Shown here: positions 55,898 to 64,000 of the stretch, piece by piece | Numbering within the stretch: position 1 is the first letter of the stretch | How the letters are laid out: every line of letters begins with the position of its first letter | Assembly: GCA_963789955.1 (NCBI GenBank) | Contig: CAWBMV010000001.1 | Location: forward strand, 832,001 to 896,000 | Length of the DNA stretch: 64,000 nucleotides | Direction: 5' to 3' | From: an uncultured Candidatus Rokubacteria bacterium | GTDB lineage: Bacteria > Methylomirabilota > Methylomirabilia > Rokubacteriales > CSP1-6 | The notes under the pieces: generated by a model | The model's database searches: none | Told to the model about the DNA's origin: nothing | Seen by the model: the letters and a program-made list of their open reading frames with translations, nothing else | Translations under genes and position numbers: made by a program

Positions 55898-57717
55898 AGG
55901 GGTACGGGGGCCGCCTGCTGTTCGTCGATCTGACGACCGGGACGGCCCGCGTCGAGCCGCTCGAGGAGACCACGGCGCGCGCGCTCCTCGGCGGCAACGG
56001 TCTCGCCGCCCGCGTGCTCTACGACCACGTGCCGCCCGGGATCGACGCGTTCGATGCCGAGAACGCGGTCGTCTTCGGGGTGGGCCCGATCACCGACACG
56101 ACGGTGCCCGGCAACAGCCGCGCGTGCGTCGCGTCCAAATCGCCCCTGACCAATCTCTTCTTCGACTCGACGTTCGGCGGCCGCTTTCCGGCGACGCTCA
56201 AGCGCACCGGCTTCGACGCCGTGGCGATCACCGGCCGCGCGCCGTCGCCGTCCTATCTGCTGGTGACCGAGGCGGGCGCGACGGTGAAGCCGGCGCCCGA
56301 GCTGTGGGGGCGGTCGACGCGCGAGACCGTGAACGCGCTGATCGACGCCGAAGGCGCCGACGCGGATGCGATCGCGATCGGCCCCGCCGGCGAGCATCGC
56401 GTGCGCTTCGCGGCGATGGCGCACTACTGGAAGAATCGCGAGGGCGTGTCGGGGCGCGGCGGGATCGGCGCCGTGCTGGGCTCGAAGAATCTCAAGGCGG
56501 TCGTGGTCCAGGGCGCCCGCAAGACCGAGGTCGCCGATGCCGCGGGGCTCAAGGCGCTCATCGAGGGGACGCGCGAGCCGCTGAAGACCGGCACCAAGGC
56601 GCTCACGACGTTCGGCACGCCGTTTCTCGTCGGGCCGATCAACGCCCTCGGCGGCCTCGGCGCCTACAACCTGCGCCAGGAAACCTTCGCCGAGGCGCGC
56701 GCCGTCTCCGGCGAGGAGATGAAGCTTCACTACCACGATCGGGACACGACCTGTCTCAAGTGCCCGGTCGCGTGCGGCAAGCAATACGGGATCGCCGAGG
56801 GCGAGTTCGCCGGCACGAAGGCGAAGATGCCCGAGTACGAGACGATCTTCGCGCTCGGGCCCATGCTCGGCATCGCGAATCCCGAGGCGCTCATCCTGGC
56901 CAACGATCTCTGCGATCTGCTCGGGATGGACACGATCTCGATCGGCGTCACCCTGGCGTTCGTGGCGGAGGCGCTCGAGCGCGGCTGGCTCGACCGGCGC
57001 GAGGTCGGCGTGCCGTTCGGCTGGGGTGACTGGCGCGGCATGCTGAAACTGGTCGAGATGACGGCACGTCGCGAAGGATTCGGAGCCCGCGTGGCCGAGG
57101 GCGCGTGGCGGCTCGCCGCGTCGGTCCATCCCGAGGGCACGAAGCTCGTGTACGCCGTCAAGGGGCTCGAGCTGCCCGCGCACTCGGCGCGCGCGCTCAA
57201 GGGGCTCTCGATCGGCTACGCGACCGCGACCCGCGGCGGGAGCCACCACGACACGCGGCCGACGCCGCAATACGCGCAGGGCTTCGATCGGCGCGGGACG
57301 AAGGACAAGCCCGCGTTCGCCGTGCGGAGCCAGCACTTCACGGCCCTCGGCGATTCGCTCGTCTTGTGCCGGTTTACCTCCGAGCGCGGCTTCGGCGTCT
57401 TCATCGGCGATCCGTACGCCACGATGGTGCGCGCCGCCACCGGCTGGGACGTCACCGTCGAGGAGCTCGAGCGAATCGGCGAGCGCATCATCAACCTCGA
57501 GCGGCTCTTCAACGTGCGCGAAGGCGTGCGGCGGGCCCAGGACGTGCTGCCGTGGAAGGTGATGCACGAGCCGATCCCGGACGGGCCCTCCGCGGGCATG
57601 TACTGTCCGCCGGAGGAGCTCGCCGCGATGCTCGACGACTACTACGCGCTGCGCGGCTGGGACGCCGACGGCGTGCCGACGGCCGGCCGGCTGACGGCGC
57701 TCGGCCTCCGGGGCTGA
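55894..57717 (+). CDS. Aldehyde:ferredoxin oxidoreductase (tungsten/molybdopterin family)
   Basis: G+LL.VDL, KSPLT, IGPAGE, GRGG.GAV.GSKNLKA, C..CP..C, EYET, GMDTIS and YY.LRGW motifs. Confidence 0.93.
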   Translation: MKGYGGRLLFVDLTTGTARVEPLEETTARALLGGNGLAARVLYDHVPPGIDAFDAENAVVFGVGPITDTTVPGNSRACVASKSPLTNLFFDSTFGGRFPATLKRTGFDAVAITGRAPSPSYLLVTEAGATVKPAPELWGRSTRETVNALIDAEGADADAIAIGPAGEHRVRFAAMAHYWKNREGVSGRGGIGAVLGSKNLKAVVVQGARKTEVADAAGLKALIEGTREPLKTGTKALTTFGTPFLVGPINALGGLGAYNLRQETFAEARAVSGEEMKLHYHDRDTTCLKCPVACGKQYGIAEGEFAGTKAKMPEYETIFALGPMLGIANPEALILANDLCDLLGMDTISIGVTLAFVAEALERGWLDRREVGVPFGWGDWRGMLKLVEMTARREGFGARVAEGAWRLAASVHPEGTKLVYAVKGLELPAHSARALKGLSIGYATATRGGSHHDTRPTPQYAQGFDRRGTKDKPAFAVRSQHFTALGDSLVLCRFTSERGFGVFIGDPYATMVRAATGWDVTVEELERIGERIINLERLFNVREGVRRAQDVLPWKVMHEPIPDGPSAGMYCPPEELAAMLDDYYALRGWDADGVPTAGRLTALGLRG

Positions 57718-57731
57718 ACGGCCCGATCGTC

Positions 57732-58520
57732 GTGCGAAAACTCCTCCGGCCCGTGCTCTGGGTCTGGTCGCTGATCGTGATCACGATGACGGCCGCCGCC
57801 GCGGATCCCGTGACGGTGCGCTTTCCAGAGGGCGAGACGCACGGCTTCCTCATCCTCCGCTCGCTGCAGGGCCAGACCCTCGCCTACGGCGAGCTGACCG
57901 CGTTGGCGCATGGCGATCGAATGGAGAGCCGGCTCACGTGGCGGTTTCGCGACGGCTCGCTCCAGGACGAGTTCGTCACGTACCTGCAGCGGCCGGTGCT
58001 CAAGCTGCTGAGCTACAAGCAGATCCAGCGGGGCCCGTCGTTTCCCGCGGACGTCGAGGTCGCGTTCACGCGTGACCCGAACCGCTACGAGGTCAAGCAA
58101 CGCGAGAAGGGCAAGAAGGACACCGAGGAATTCTCGGGCACGGTCGAGCTGCCGGCGGATGTCTACAACGGGATGACGGCGACGATCCTGAACAACCTGG
58201 CGAAGGGCGAGATCGCCACGGGTCATCTCGTGGCGTTCACGCCCAAGCCTCGCCTGGTGAAGACGACCTATCAGCCGGTGGGCGAGGATCCCGTCATCAT
58301 CGGCGAGTCGCGCCGCAGCGCGACGCGCTATCTCGTCGATCTCGAGGTCGGCGGCGTCGCCGGCGTGTTCGCGAAGGTCGCGGGAAAGGAGCCGCCCGAT
58401 CTGAAGTTCTGGGTCCTCGGCGGCTCCCCGCCGGCGTTCGTGAAGTTCGAAGGCCCGTTCTTCGTCGCGGGCCCGATCTGGCGCGTCGAGCTCTTCGCGC
58501 CCCGCTGGCCGACCAAATAG
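57732..58520 (+). CDS. Secreted hypothetical protein
   Basis: Signal peptide ending AAAA; EG.THGFL and P.DVYNGM segments; normal codon bias. Confidence 0.75.
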   Translation: MRKLLRPVLWVWSLIVITMTAAAADPVTVRFPEGETHGFLILRSLQGQTLAYGELTALAHGDRMESRLTWRFRDGSLQDEFVTYLQRPVLKLLSYKQIQRGPSFPADVEVAFTRDPNRYEVKQREKGKKDTEEFSGTVELPADVYNGMTATILNNLAKGEIATGHLVAFTPKPRLVKTTYQPVGEDPVIIGESRRSATRYLVDLEVGGVAGVFAKVAGKEPPDLKFWVLGGSPPAFVKFEGPFFVAGPIWRVELFAPRWPTK

Positions 58521-58659
58521 CCGCGTAGCCGGACGATCGCCCGCGGCGCGGCAACGACCGTTCCGATATTTGTCACAGGCGTGCCAGCCTGTTCCGCGTG
58601 AGTCGACGCCGGCGCCCGCCGGCGCGCGTATGCGTCGAAATTTTCAGACTCTTTCCGTC

Positions 58660-58675
58660 TGGCACCTTTCGTGCT
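58660..58675 (+). promoter_or_regulatory. Sigma54 (-24/-12) promoter
   Basis: TGGCACctttcGTGCT matches TGGCAC-N5-TTGCW with exact GG/GC spacing. Confidence 0.65.
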
Positions 58676-58690
58676 CATTTCTGCGTTCCG

Positions 58691-58984
58691 ATGCGTCTCG
58701 CGTGGCTTGCGGCGGTGAGTGCGGCAGCGATCCTGGTCGGGGGATGCTCGACCGCGCCGTTCGTCGGCTACCGCAACGGCCCCGTCACCCTCTATATCGG
58801 TGACGTGCGCCACGTCTGCGCCGCCGGTGGGAGCAACCGCGGGTGCACGATGCGCTACCCGAATGGCCGCGTCGAAGTCTATTGCGCCGATGGAGACTAC
58901 GAGTGCCTCGCCCACGAGCTGCGCCACGTCGCGGATCCGACGTGGCAGCACGACCTGGACTATCGCAGCGTGTCCGCTCGTTAG
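58691..58984 (+). CDS. Small lipoprotein with HExxH motif
   Basis: Signal peptide ending VGGC, four further Cys, AHELRH. Confidence 0.7.
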   Translation: MRLAWLAAVSAAAILVGGCSTAPFVGYRNGPVTLYIGDVRHVCAAGGSNRGCTMRYPNGRVEVYCADGDYECLAHELRHVADPTWQHDLDYRSVSAR

Positions 58985-59088
58985 TCGCGCCCCGGATCGC
59001 TCGCGCGCCGCAACAGCCCGATGACGACGACCGGAGGCCGAGTGTGTTGTTTCCTCTAAGGGGCAGGAGAGGGGAGGAGAGACCGGCG

Positions 59089-59838
59089 ATGTACAGTCGC
59101 ACGATCGACCGGATGTCGGACGGCGCGAGCGAGTTCCTCGTCCAGTTCTATCTGAACTCGCCGAAGCTCTCCGTTTCGATCCTTCTCGCGGTGTGGCTGG
59201 TCGTGTTCTTTTCCGCGCTGTGGTATTTCGTCCTGCTGCCGGCCACCGCGAACAACCTCGTGAACGGCTCCTTCGAGGCGCGCCTGGTGGGCTGGGGCAC
59301 GGGCTGGCTCGAGGACTTTCCCGCGTATCGCGGCGCGGCGCGGCTCAACCAGTATCTCGCCACGCGCAGCTCGCAGACGGGCCAGCTCGCCGTCGCCGAC
59401 TGGCGCTCGGATCCGACCGAGCATCGGCCCGGCGGTCGATTCGCCCTCCTGGTCGAGCATCGCAGCGACAAGCAGACCGAGGTCTACTCGACGCTCGCCC
59501 AGCGCATTCGCGTCAAGCCGCGGACCGGCTACAACGTGCGGTTCTGGGCGAAGGTCGATCGCATGGAACACGACGGCGACCTGTGGCTGAGCCCGAACGG
59601 CGGCTCGGTCGCGTGGGACGAGCCGAAGGTCGAAGTGTCGGGCGCCGGCAAAGGCTGGCAGCTCTACAGGCTCGACTTCAACTCGGGTGATCGCGTCGAT
59701 CTCGATATCCGGTTCGTGGCCGAAGGTCCGCTAAAGGCGTGGGTCGACGACGTCGTCGTCAGCCGAGTTCCGGCGGGCGAGACGTGGGTGGAGAAGGTCG
59801 GGATCTGGCTCCGATCGCTGTGGAGCATCTTGAGGTAG
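59089..59838 (+). CDS. Membrane-anchored protein with carbohydrate-binding (CBM4/9-like jelly-roll) domain
   Basis: Strong RBS, TM helix, NLVNGSFE...W, L.Q.I.VKP.T.Y.V.FWAK and WVDDV patterns. Confidence 0.7.
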   Translation: MYSRTIDRMSDGASEFLVQFYLNSPKLSVSILLAVWLVVFFSALWYFVLLPATANNLVNGSFEARLVGWGTGWLEDFPAYRGAARLNQYLATRSSQTGQLAVADWRSDPTEHRPGGRFALLVEHRSDKQTEVYSTLAQRIRVKPRTGYNVRFWAKVDRMEHDGDLWLSPNGGSVAWDEPKVEVSGAGKGWQLYRLDFNSGDRVDLDIRFVAEGPLKAWVDDVVVSRVPAGETWVEKVGIWLRSLWSILR

Positions 59839-59910
59839 ATCGTGCTGAGCTTGCGCGCGCCGGGCAATGTTAGGATGACGAACGTCCCGCTTCAGCGTTC
59901 ACTCACGCCC

Positions 59911-59986
59911 GGGCGGATAGCTCAGTTGGAAGAGCGCGGCCCTTACAAGGCCGAGGTCCCAGGTTCGATCCCTGGTCCGCCTACCA
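59911..59986 (+). tRNA. tRNA-Val (anticodon TAC), CCA encoded
   Basis: Acceptor GGGCGGA/TCCGCCT, D-arm AGCTCAGTTGGAAGAGC, anticodon loop CTTACAA, T-loop GGTTCGATCC. Confidence 0.97.
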
Positions 59987-60083
59987 GAAAAATAAACCGC
60001 GCGAATTCATTGGCAATTTTCGTTTCTGAATCCCTTCCGAATTTCATCGATGCCGTGAGAGGTTGGAAATAAGGAGGAGCACA

Positions 60084-60293
60084 ATGCACAAGCTGGTCGT
60101 CAAACTCGACAGGGCCGGAGCCGGCAAACACGTCTCTCGGTGGAAGAGACAAATGGATCAGTCGATCCGTCGTGCCGTCAAGGCGAGCCGCCGGGCGATC
60201 CACGCGACGAACCATTCGGCGTCGCCCCACAAGGCCGAGCGCATGGCGCTCAAGACGAAGAAGGCGGTCCTTCGCGCGGCGATGGGCCTGTAG
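60084..60293 (+). CDS. Small basic hypothetical protein (69 aa)
   Basis: AAGGAGG RBS at good spacing; K/R/A-rich helical sequence. Confidence 0.7.
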   Translation: MHKLVVKLDRAGAGKHVSRWKRQMDQSIRRAVKASRRAIHATNHSASPHKAERMALKTKKAVLRAAMGL

Positions 60294-60435
60294 CACAGGA
60301 CCACTCGCTCGACTTCGTCGAGCAGCCTGCGATCATGGGCCGGGGAAGCGCTTCCCGGCCCATTTCCTTTTCGTCCCGGACACCATGGTCGTGCTCGCCC
60401 GGACGCCCGCCATCGAGACGCGGTACGCTGGGGTC

Positions 60436-61206
60436 GTGACCTCTGACGTCACCCGTGCGATCGACGAGCTGTACGGCGTGCCGCCCAAGGATTTCTCGAG
60501 CGCTCGCAACGCGAAGGCGGCCGCGTTGAAAGCCGCGGGACGCACCGCCGACGCGCAGGCCGTTCGCCGTCTCGCCAAGCCGTCTCCGTTCTTGTGGGCG
60601 ACGAATCAGCTCGCGCGGCAGGACCCCGAGCGCGTCGCTCACTTCGTCGACCTCGTGCGTCGAGTGCGTCAGAGCCAGTTGCACGATCCGCGAACCGCCG
60701 CCGAGGGCATGCAGACCATCCGTGCCGAGCTCCAGGCGCTGACGAATCGCGCGACCGAGGTGCTGGGGAAGGCCGGCTATCGTGTTCCGATCTCGGGAAC
60801 GTCTCGCATCTCGAATACGGTGCTTGGCGCCGCGGTCGACGCCGAGCTGGTCGACGATCTGCGTCACGGCCGACTGACCGCAGAGCTGGCGGCGCCGGGG
60901 TTCGAGGTCCTCGCGGGTCTGCAGCCGGGTCGAAAGCTCCAGCTGCTGCGCGGCGGCAAGAGCTCGGAACGCCCACGCGATCAGGCCGAGGCCAAGCGCG
61001 CCGAAGAACAGGCCCAGCGCGCGCGCCGCGCCCAGGAGGCCGAGGCGCGCCGGCGCGAGGCCGAGCAGCGCGCGGCGGCGGCCGAGCGTGCCGCCGAGGA
61101 GGTTCGTAAGCTCGAGCGGCAGCTGGCGGACGCTCGACGCGAGCTCCGCAATGCCCAGCGCGAGGCCGAGGCGGCGGCCGATCGCGCGCGCCGGCACCCC
61201 GACTAG
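60436..61206 (+). CDS. Conserved hypothetical protein with C-terminal coiled coil
   Basis: DELYG.PP..F...RN..A and KPS...WA.NQL patterns; E/R/A-rich tail. Confidence 0.75.
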   Translation: MTSDVTRAIDELYGVPPKDFSSARNAKAAALKAAGRTADAQAVRRLAKPSPFLWATNQLARQDPERVAHFVDLVRRVRQSQLHDPRTAAEGMQTIRAELQALTNRATEVLGKAGYRVPISGTSRISNTVLGAAVDAELVDDLRHGRLTAELAAPGFEVLAGLQPGRKLQLLRGGKSSERPRDQAEAKRAEEQAQRARRAQEAEARRREAEQRAAAAERAAEEVRKLERQLADARRELRNAQREAEAAADRARRHPD

Positions 61207-61211
61207 CCGTC

Positions 61212-63004
61212 ATGGCCGCGCGGATCGAAGACTACGCCCTCATCGGTGATTGCCAGACCGCTGCGCTGGTGGCGCGCGACGGGTCGATCGACTGGCTGTG
61301 CGTGCCGCGCTTCGACTCGCCCGCGTGCTTCTCCGCCCTTCTCGGCACGCCCGAGCACGGACGATGGCAGATCGCGCCGGCGGCGACCGAAACCCGCGCC
61401 GTCCGGCGGCGATACCGCCCGGGAACGCTCGTCCTCGAGACCGACTACGAGACCGACACCGGCGCGGTCACCTTGGTCGACTGCATGCCGGTAGGGGCCG
61501 AGACACCCACGGTCGTCCGGATCGTCGAGGGCACACGCGGTCGGGTGCCGATGCGCCTCGATCTCGCCTTTCGCCTCGACTACGGATCGCTGGTGCCATG
61601 GGTCCGCCGCACCTCCGACGGCATTCGGGCGATCGGTGGCGCGAACGCGCTGCGTCTTCGCGCGCCGATCGCGCTCCGCGGCGAGGGCTTTCACACGGTG
61701 TCGGAATTCACCGTCACGGCCGGACAACGCGTTCCGTTCACGCTCTCCTGGTCTCCGTCGTGCGGACCGGAAGCTTCCGCGGTGGAACCGGAGTCCGCGA
61801 TCACGACGACGGAGCGGTGGTGGCGAGATTGGTCCCAGCGATGCCGCTACGACGGCGAGTGGAGCGAGGCCGTGGTGCGCTCGCTCATCACGCTCAAGGC
61901 GCTGACGTACGCGCCCACCGGCGGCCTCGTGGCCGCCGCGACGACGTCGCTGCCGGAGAAGCTGGGCGGCGTGCGTAACTGGGACTATCGCTATTGCTGG
62001 CTCAGGGACGCGACGTTCGCGCTCTACGCGCTGATGACGGGAGGCTACGTGGACGAGGCGCGCGCCTGGCGCGCGTGGCTGCTCCGCGCGATCGCCGGCG
62101 ACCCGTCGCAGGCGCAGGTCCTGTACGGGGTGGCCGGCGAGCGGCTCGTGCCCGAGTGGGACGTTTCGTGGCTTCCGGGCTACGAGGGCAGCGTGCCGGC
62201 TCGTGTCGGGAACGCGGCCACGACTCAGTTTCAGCTCGATATCCACGGCGAAGTCGTGGACGCGCTGCACTATGCGCGGCGGATCGGGCTCGAAGCCGAC
62301 GAGGACGCCTGGCGCGTCGAGGGCAACCTAGTCGAGTTCGTCGAATCCGCATGGCAGGAACCCGACGAAGGCATCTGGGAGGTTCGGGGCCCGCGCCGTC
62401 CCTTCACGCACTCGAAGGTGATGGCGTGGGTCGCGCTCGATCGTGCCGTGAAGGCGGTCGAGCGCTTCGGGCTCGAGGGACCGGTCGAGCGCTGGCGAGC
62501 GGTTCGCGCCGCGATTCACGACGACGTGTGCCGCAACGGGTTCGACCGGGAGCTCGGTGCGTTCGTCCAGTACTACGGGTCGAAGCTGCTCGACGCGAGC
62601 CTTCTGATGATTCCGCTCGTGGGATTCCTTCCGGCCACGGATCCGCGCATGCTGGGCACGGTCGCGGCCATCCAGAAGCACCTCACGAGCGACGGGCTGG
62701 TGGCGCGCTACCAGACAACGCCGGAGCTCGACGGACTGCCTCCGGGCGAAGGGGCTTTCTGCCGTGCACGTTCTGGCTTGCCGACAATCTCGCGTTGCAA
62801 GGCCGGCAGGGCGAGGCGCGCGCGCTGTTCCAGCGTCTCCTGGACGTTCGCAACGACGTGGGCCTTTTGTCCGAGGAATACGATCCGGGCGCTCGACGGC
62901 TCCTCGGGAATTTTCCTCAGGCGTTCTCGCACGTCGGCCTGGTCAATACCGCGCGTAATCTCTCGCGGCGCGGCGGGCCCGCCGAGCACCGGAAGGAAAG
63001 CTGA
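61212..63004 (+). CDS. Glycoside hydrolase family 15 (trehalase/glucoamylase-like), frameshift ~62760
   Basis: IEDYALIGD, TTSLPE, RNWDYRYCWLRD, GIWEVRG, LLSEE and GNFPQAFSH motifs. Confidence 0.93.
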
Positions 63005-63017
63005 AGCGAGTCGGCGC

Positions 63018-63284
63018 TTACGCGGGTTGCTGCCGCTCGCGGAGCAGTGAGTAGCGCTCCTGCGTCCAGATCTCGAAGCAGCGGAGATGGAGCCGCACGG
63101 CGCGCTTCCCGGGCTTCCGGACGAGGGCGTCCATCGCCAGCTGTCCGGTTCCGATGGTCAGGTCGCAGCCGTCACACGCTTCACCGGCCGGCGAGCGACC
63201 AAAGACTCTCGCGGCTCGTTCGAGCGGGAGACGACCGTTCTCGAGCTTGCGTCGGATCGTCAGGCGGATCGCTCCGAAGTCCAT
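63018..63284 (-). CDS. Small putative zinc-binding protein (CxxC...HxxC)
   Basis: IRRKL..GRLP...CDGC...HLRCF..W. Confidence 0.7.
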   Translation of the reverse strand: MDFGAIRLTIRRKLENGRLPLERAARVFGRSPAGEACDGCDLTIGTGQLAMDALVRKPGKRAVRLHLRCFEIWTQERYSLLRERQQPA

Positions 63285-63372
63285 GGCGTAGCGTTATCGC
63301 GGATGCCCGGACGCCGAGCCATCGGGTGTTTCCTGCAGCGCGGAGTCGGTGTTTCCCGGCCGCGCCGGCTCG

Positions 63373-63759
63373 TCAGGCTCGTCGCATCAGCTGCGTCAGC
63401 GTTTCGTAGAGCTGCGCGGGCGCGACCGGCTTGAGCATCTGGTCGTCGAACCCGGCGCGTAGCATGCCGTCACGCGGGAAGGGATGTCCGGTGACGGCCA
63501 GAACGGGCACGGTCGGCCTCGCCGCGAGCTGCCGGATCTGGCCGACGAGCCAGAAGCCGCTACGCCCCGGCATGGCCACGTCGGTCACGACCGCGTCGAA
63601 CTCGGTGCGTTGCAGCGCGGCCAGCGCCTCCTCGGCGGTCGGCGTCGAGACAACCTTGGCGCCGGCCAGCTCGAGCAGCATGGCCATCGATTCCCGCGAA
63701 TCCGTGTCGTCCTCGAGGAGGAGGATCCGCTTTCCTCCGAGCGTCGCTGCGTCGTCCAT
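63373..63759 (-). CDS. Single-domain response regulator (CheY-like)
   Basis: ILLLEDD, TDVAMP, AVTG and AGFD...LKP motifs. Confidence 0.9.
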   Translation of the reverse strand: MDDAATLGGKRILLLEDDTDSRESMAMLLELAGAKVVSTPTAEEALAALQRTEFDAVVTDVAMPGRSGFWLVGQIRQLAARPTVPVLAVTGHPFPRDGMLRAGFDDQMLKPVAPAQLYETLTQLMRRA

Positions 63760-63846
63760 GACGGCCCCCAAAACGTGGTCGGGAAGCTCCGAACGAAACG
63801 CGATGCTCCCACGTTAGCCGCTCCGGGTGGAGCGGTCAACCCGCGT

Positions 63847-64000
63847 CTACATGGTCGGCCGATGCCCGACCAGGAGCTCGATCGCCTTCGGGTGCGTGAG
63901 CTTCGGGCTCGTCGACTTCACCGCGTACATCCCGAACTCGCTGAGGGTCAGGAGCAGCCGTCGCTCTTCCTCGGACGGATAGTTGCCGTCCTGCACCGCG
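63847..64000 (-). CDS. 3' end of an unidentified CDS running off the window
   Basis: Open frame ...EEERRLLLTLSEFGMYAVKSTSPKLTHPKAIELLVGHRPTM-stop. Confidence 0.55.
   Translation of the reverse strand, partial: AVQDGNYPSEEERRLLLTLSEFGMYAVKSTSPKLTHPKAIELLVGHRPTM

Noticed and set aside
60011..60028. Second sigma54 site (TGGCAATTTTCGTTTC)
   Set aside because: It lacks the -12 GC at the required spacing.
59987..64000. Integrative element or prophage at tRNA-Val
   Set aside because: No integrase, att duplication or phage gene is visible within the window.

Overview
Very GC-rich bacterial chromosome segment, mostly housekeeping genes. The gene content and small-protein families suggest Candidatus Rokubacteria/Methylomirabilota, but that is inference. 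Order: 3' end of glnE, polA-coaE-rsmA, M23 peptidase, orphan histidine kinase, rnj-ftsK, an ECF sigma/anti-sigma/DUF4139 locus, a Ni/Co-transporter/DUF4331/TPR module, a TAXI binding protein, lolA-yajQ, rimO-pgpA-cinA-TPR-thpR-recA-pilT-recX-alaS, a two-component pair, divergent polyamine genes (speB and speD-speE), maf, ddl-murG, rarA, two large TPR proteins plus an aldehyde:ferredoxin oxidoreductase, tRNA-Val(TAC) and accessory genes (GH15, small Zn-finger protein, CheY-like receiver). Many genes, including essential ones (alaS, coaE), carry single-base frameshifts, which I read as long-read indel errors rather than biology. No CRISPR array, prophage or transposase is visible. Best leads: (1) a structured speD leader with a 10-codon uORF whose stop overlaps the TTG start of speD; (2) two matching GGAAC(C/T)-N16-GTCTAA promoters tying an ECF sigma to a DUF4139 gene; (3) a DUF4331 module whose predicted mature proteins start with His metal-binding motifs; (4) an in-frame tandem repeat of the polA start region, and a T7-type Tyr in PolA motif B; (5) a receiver domain apparently fused to a four-helix-bundle-like domain; (6) a sigma54-driven 97-aa HExxH lipoprotein; (7) a MITE-like 160-bp inverted repeat next to a strongly G-skewed maf.
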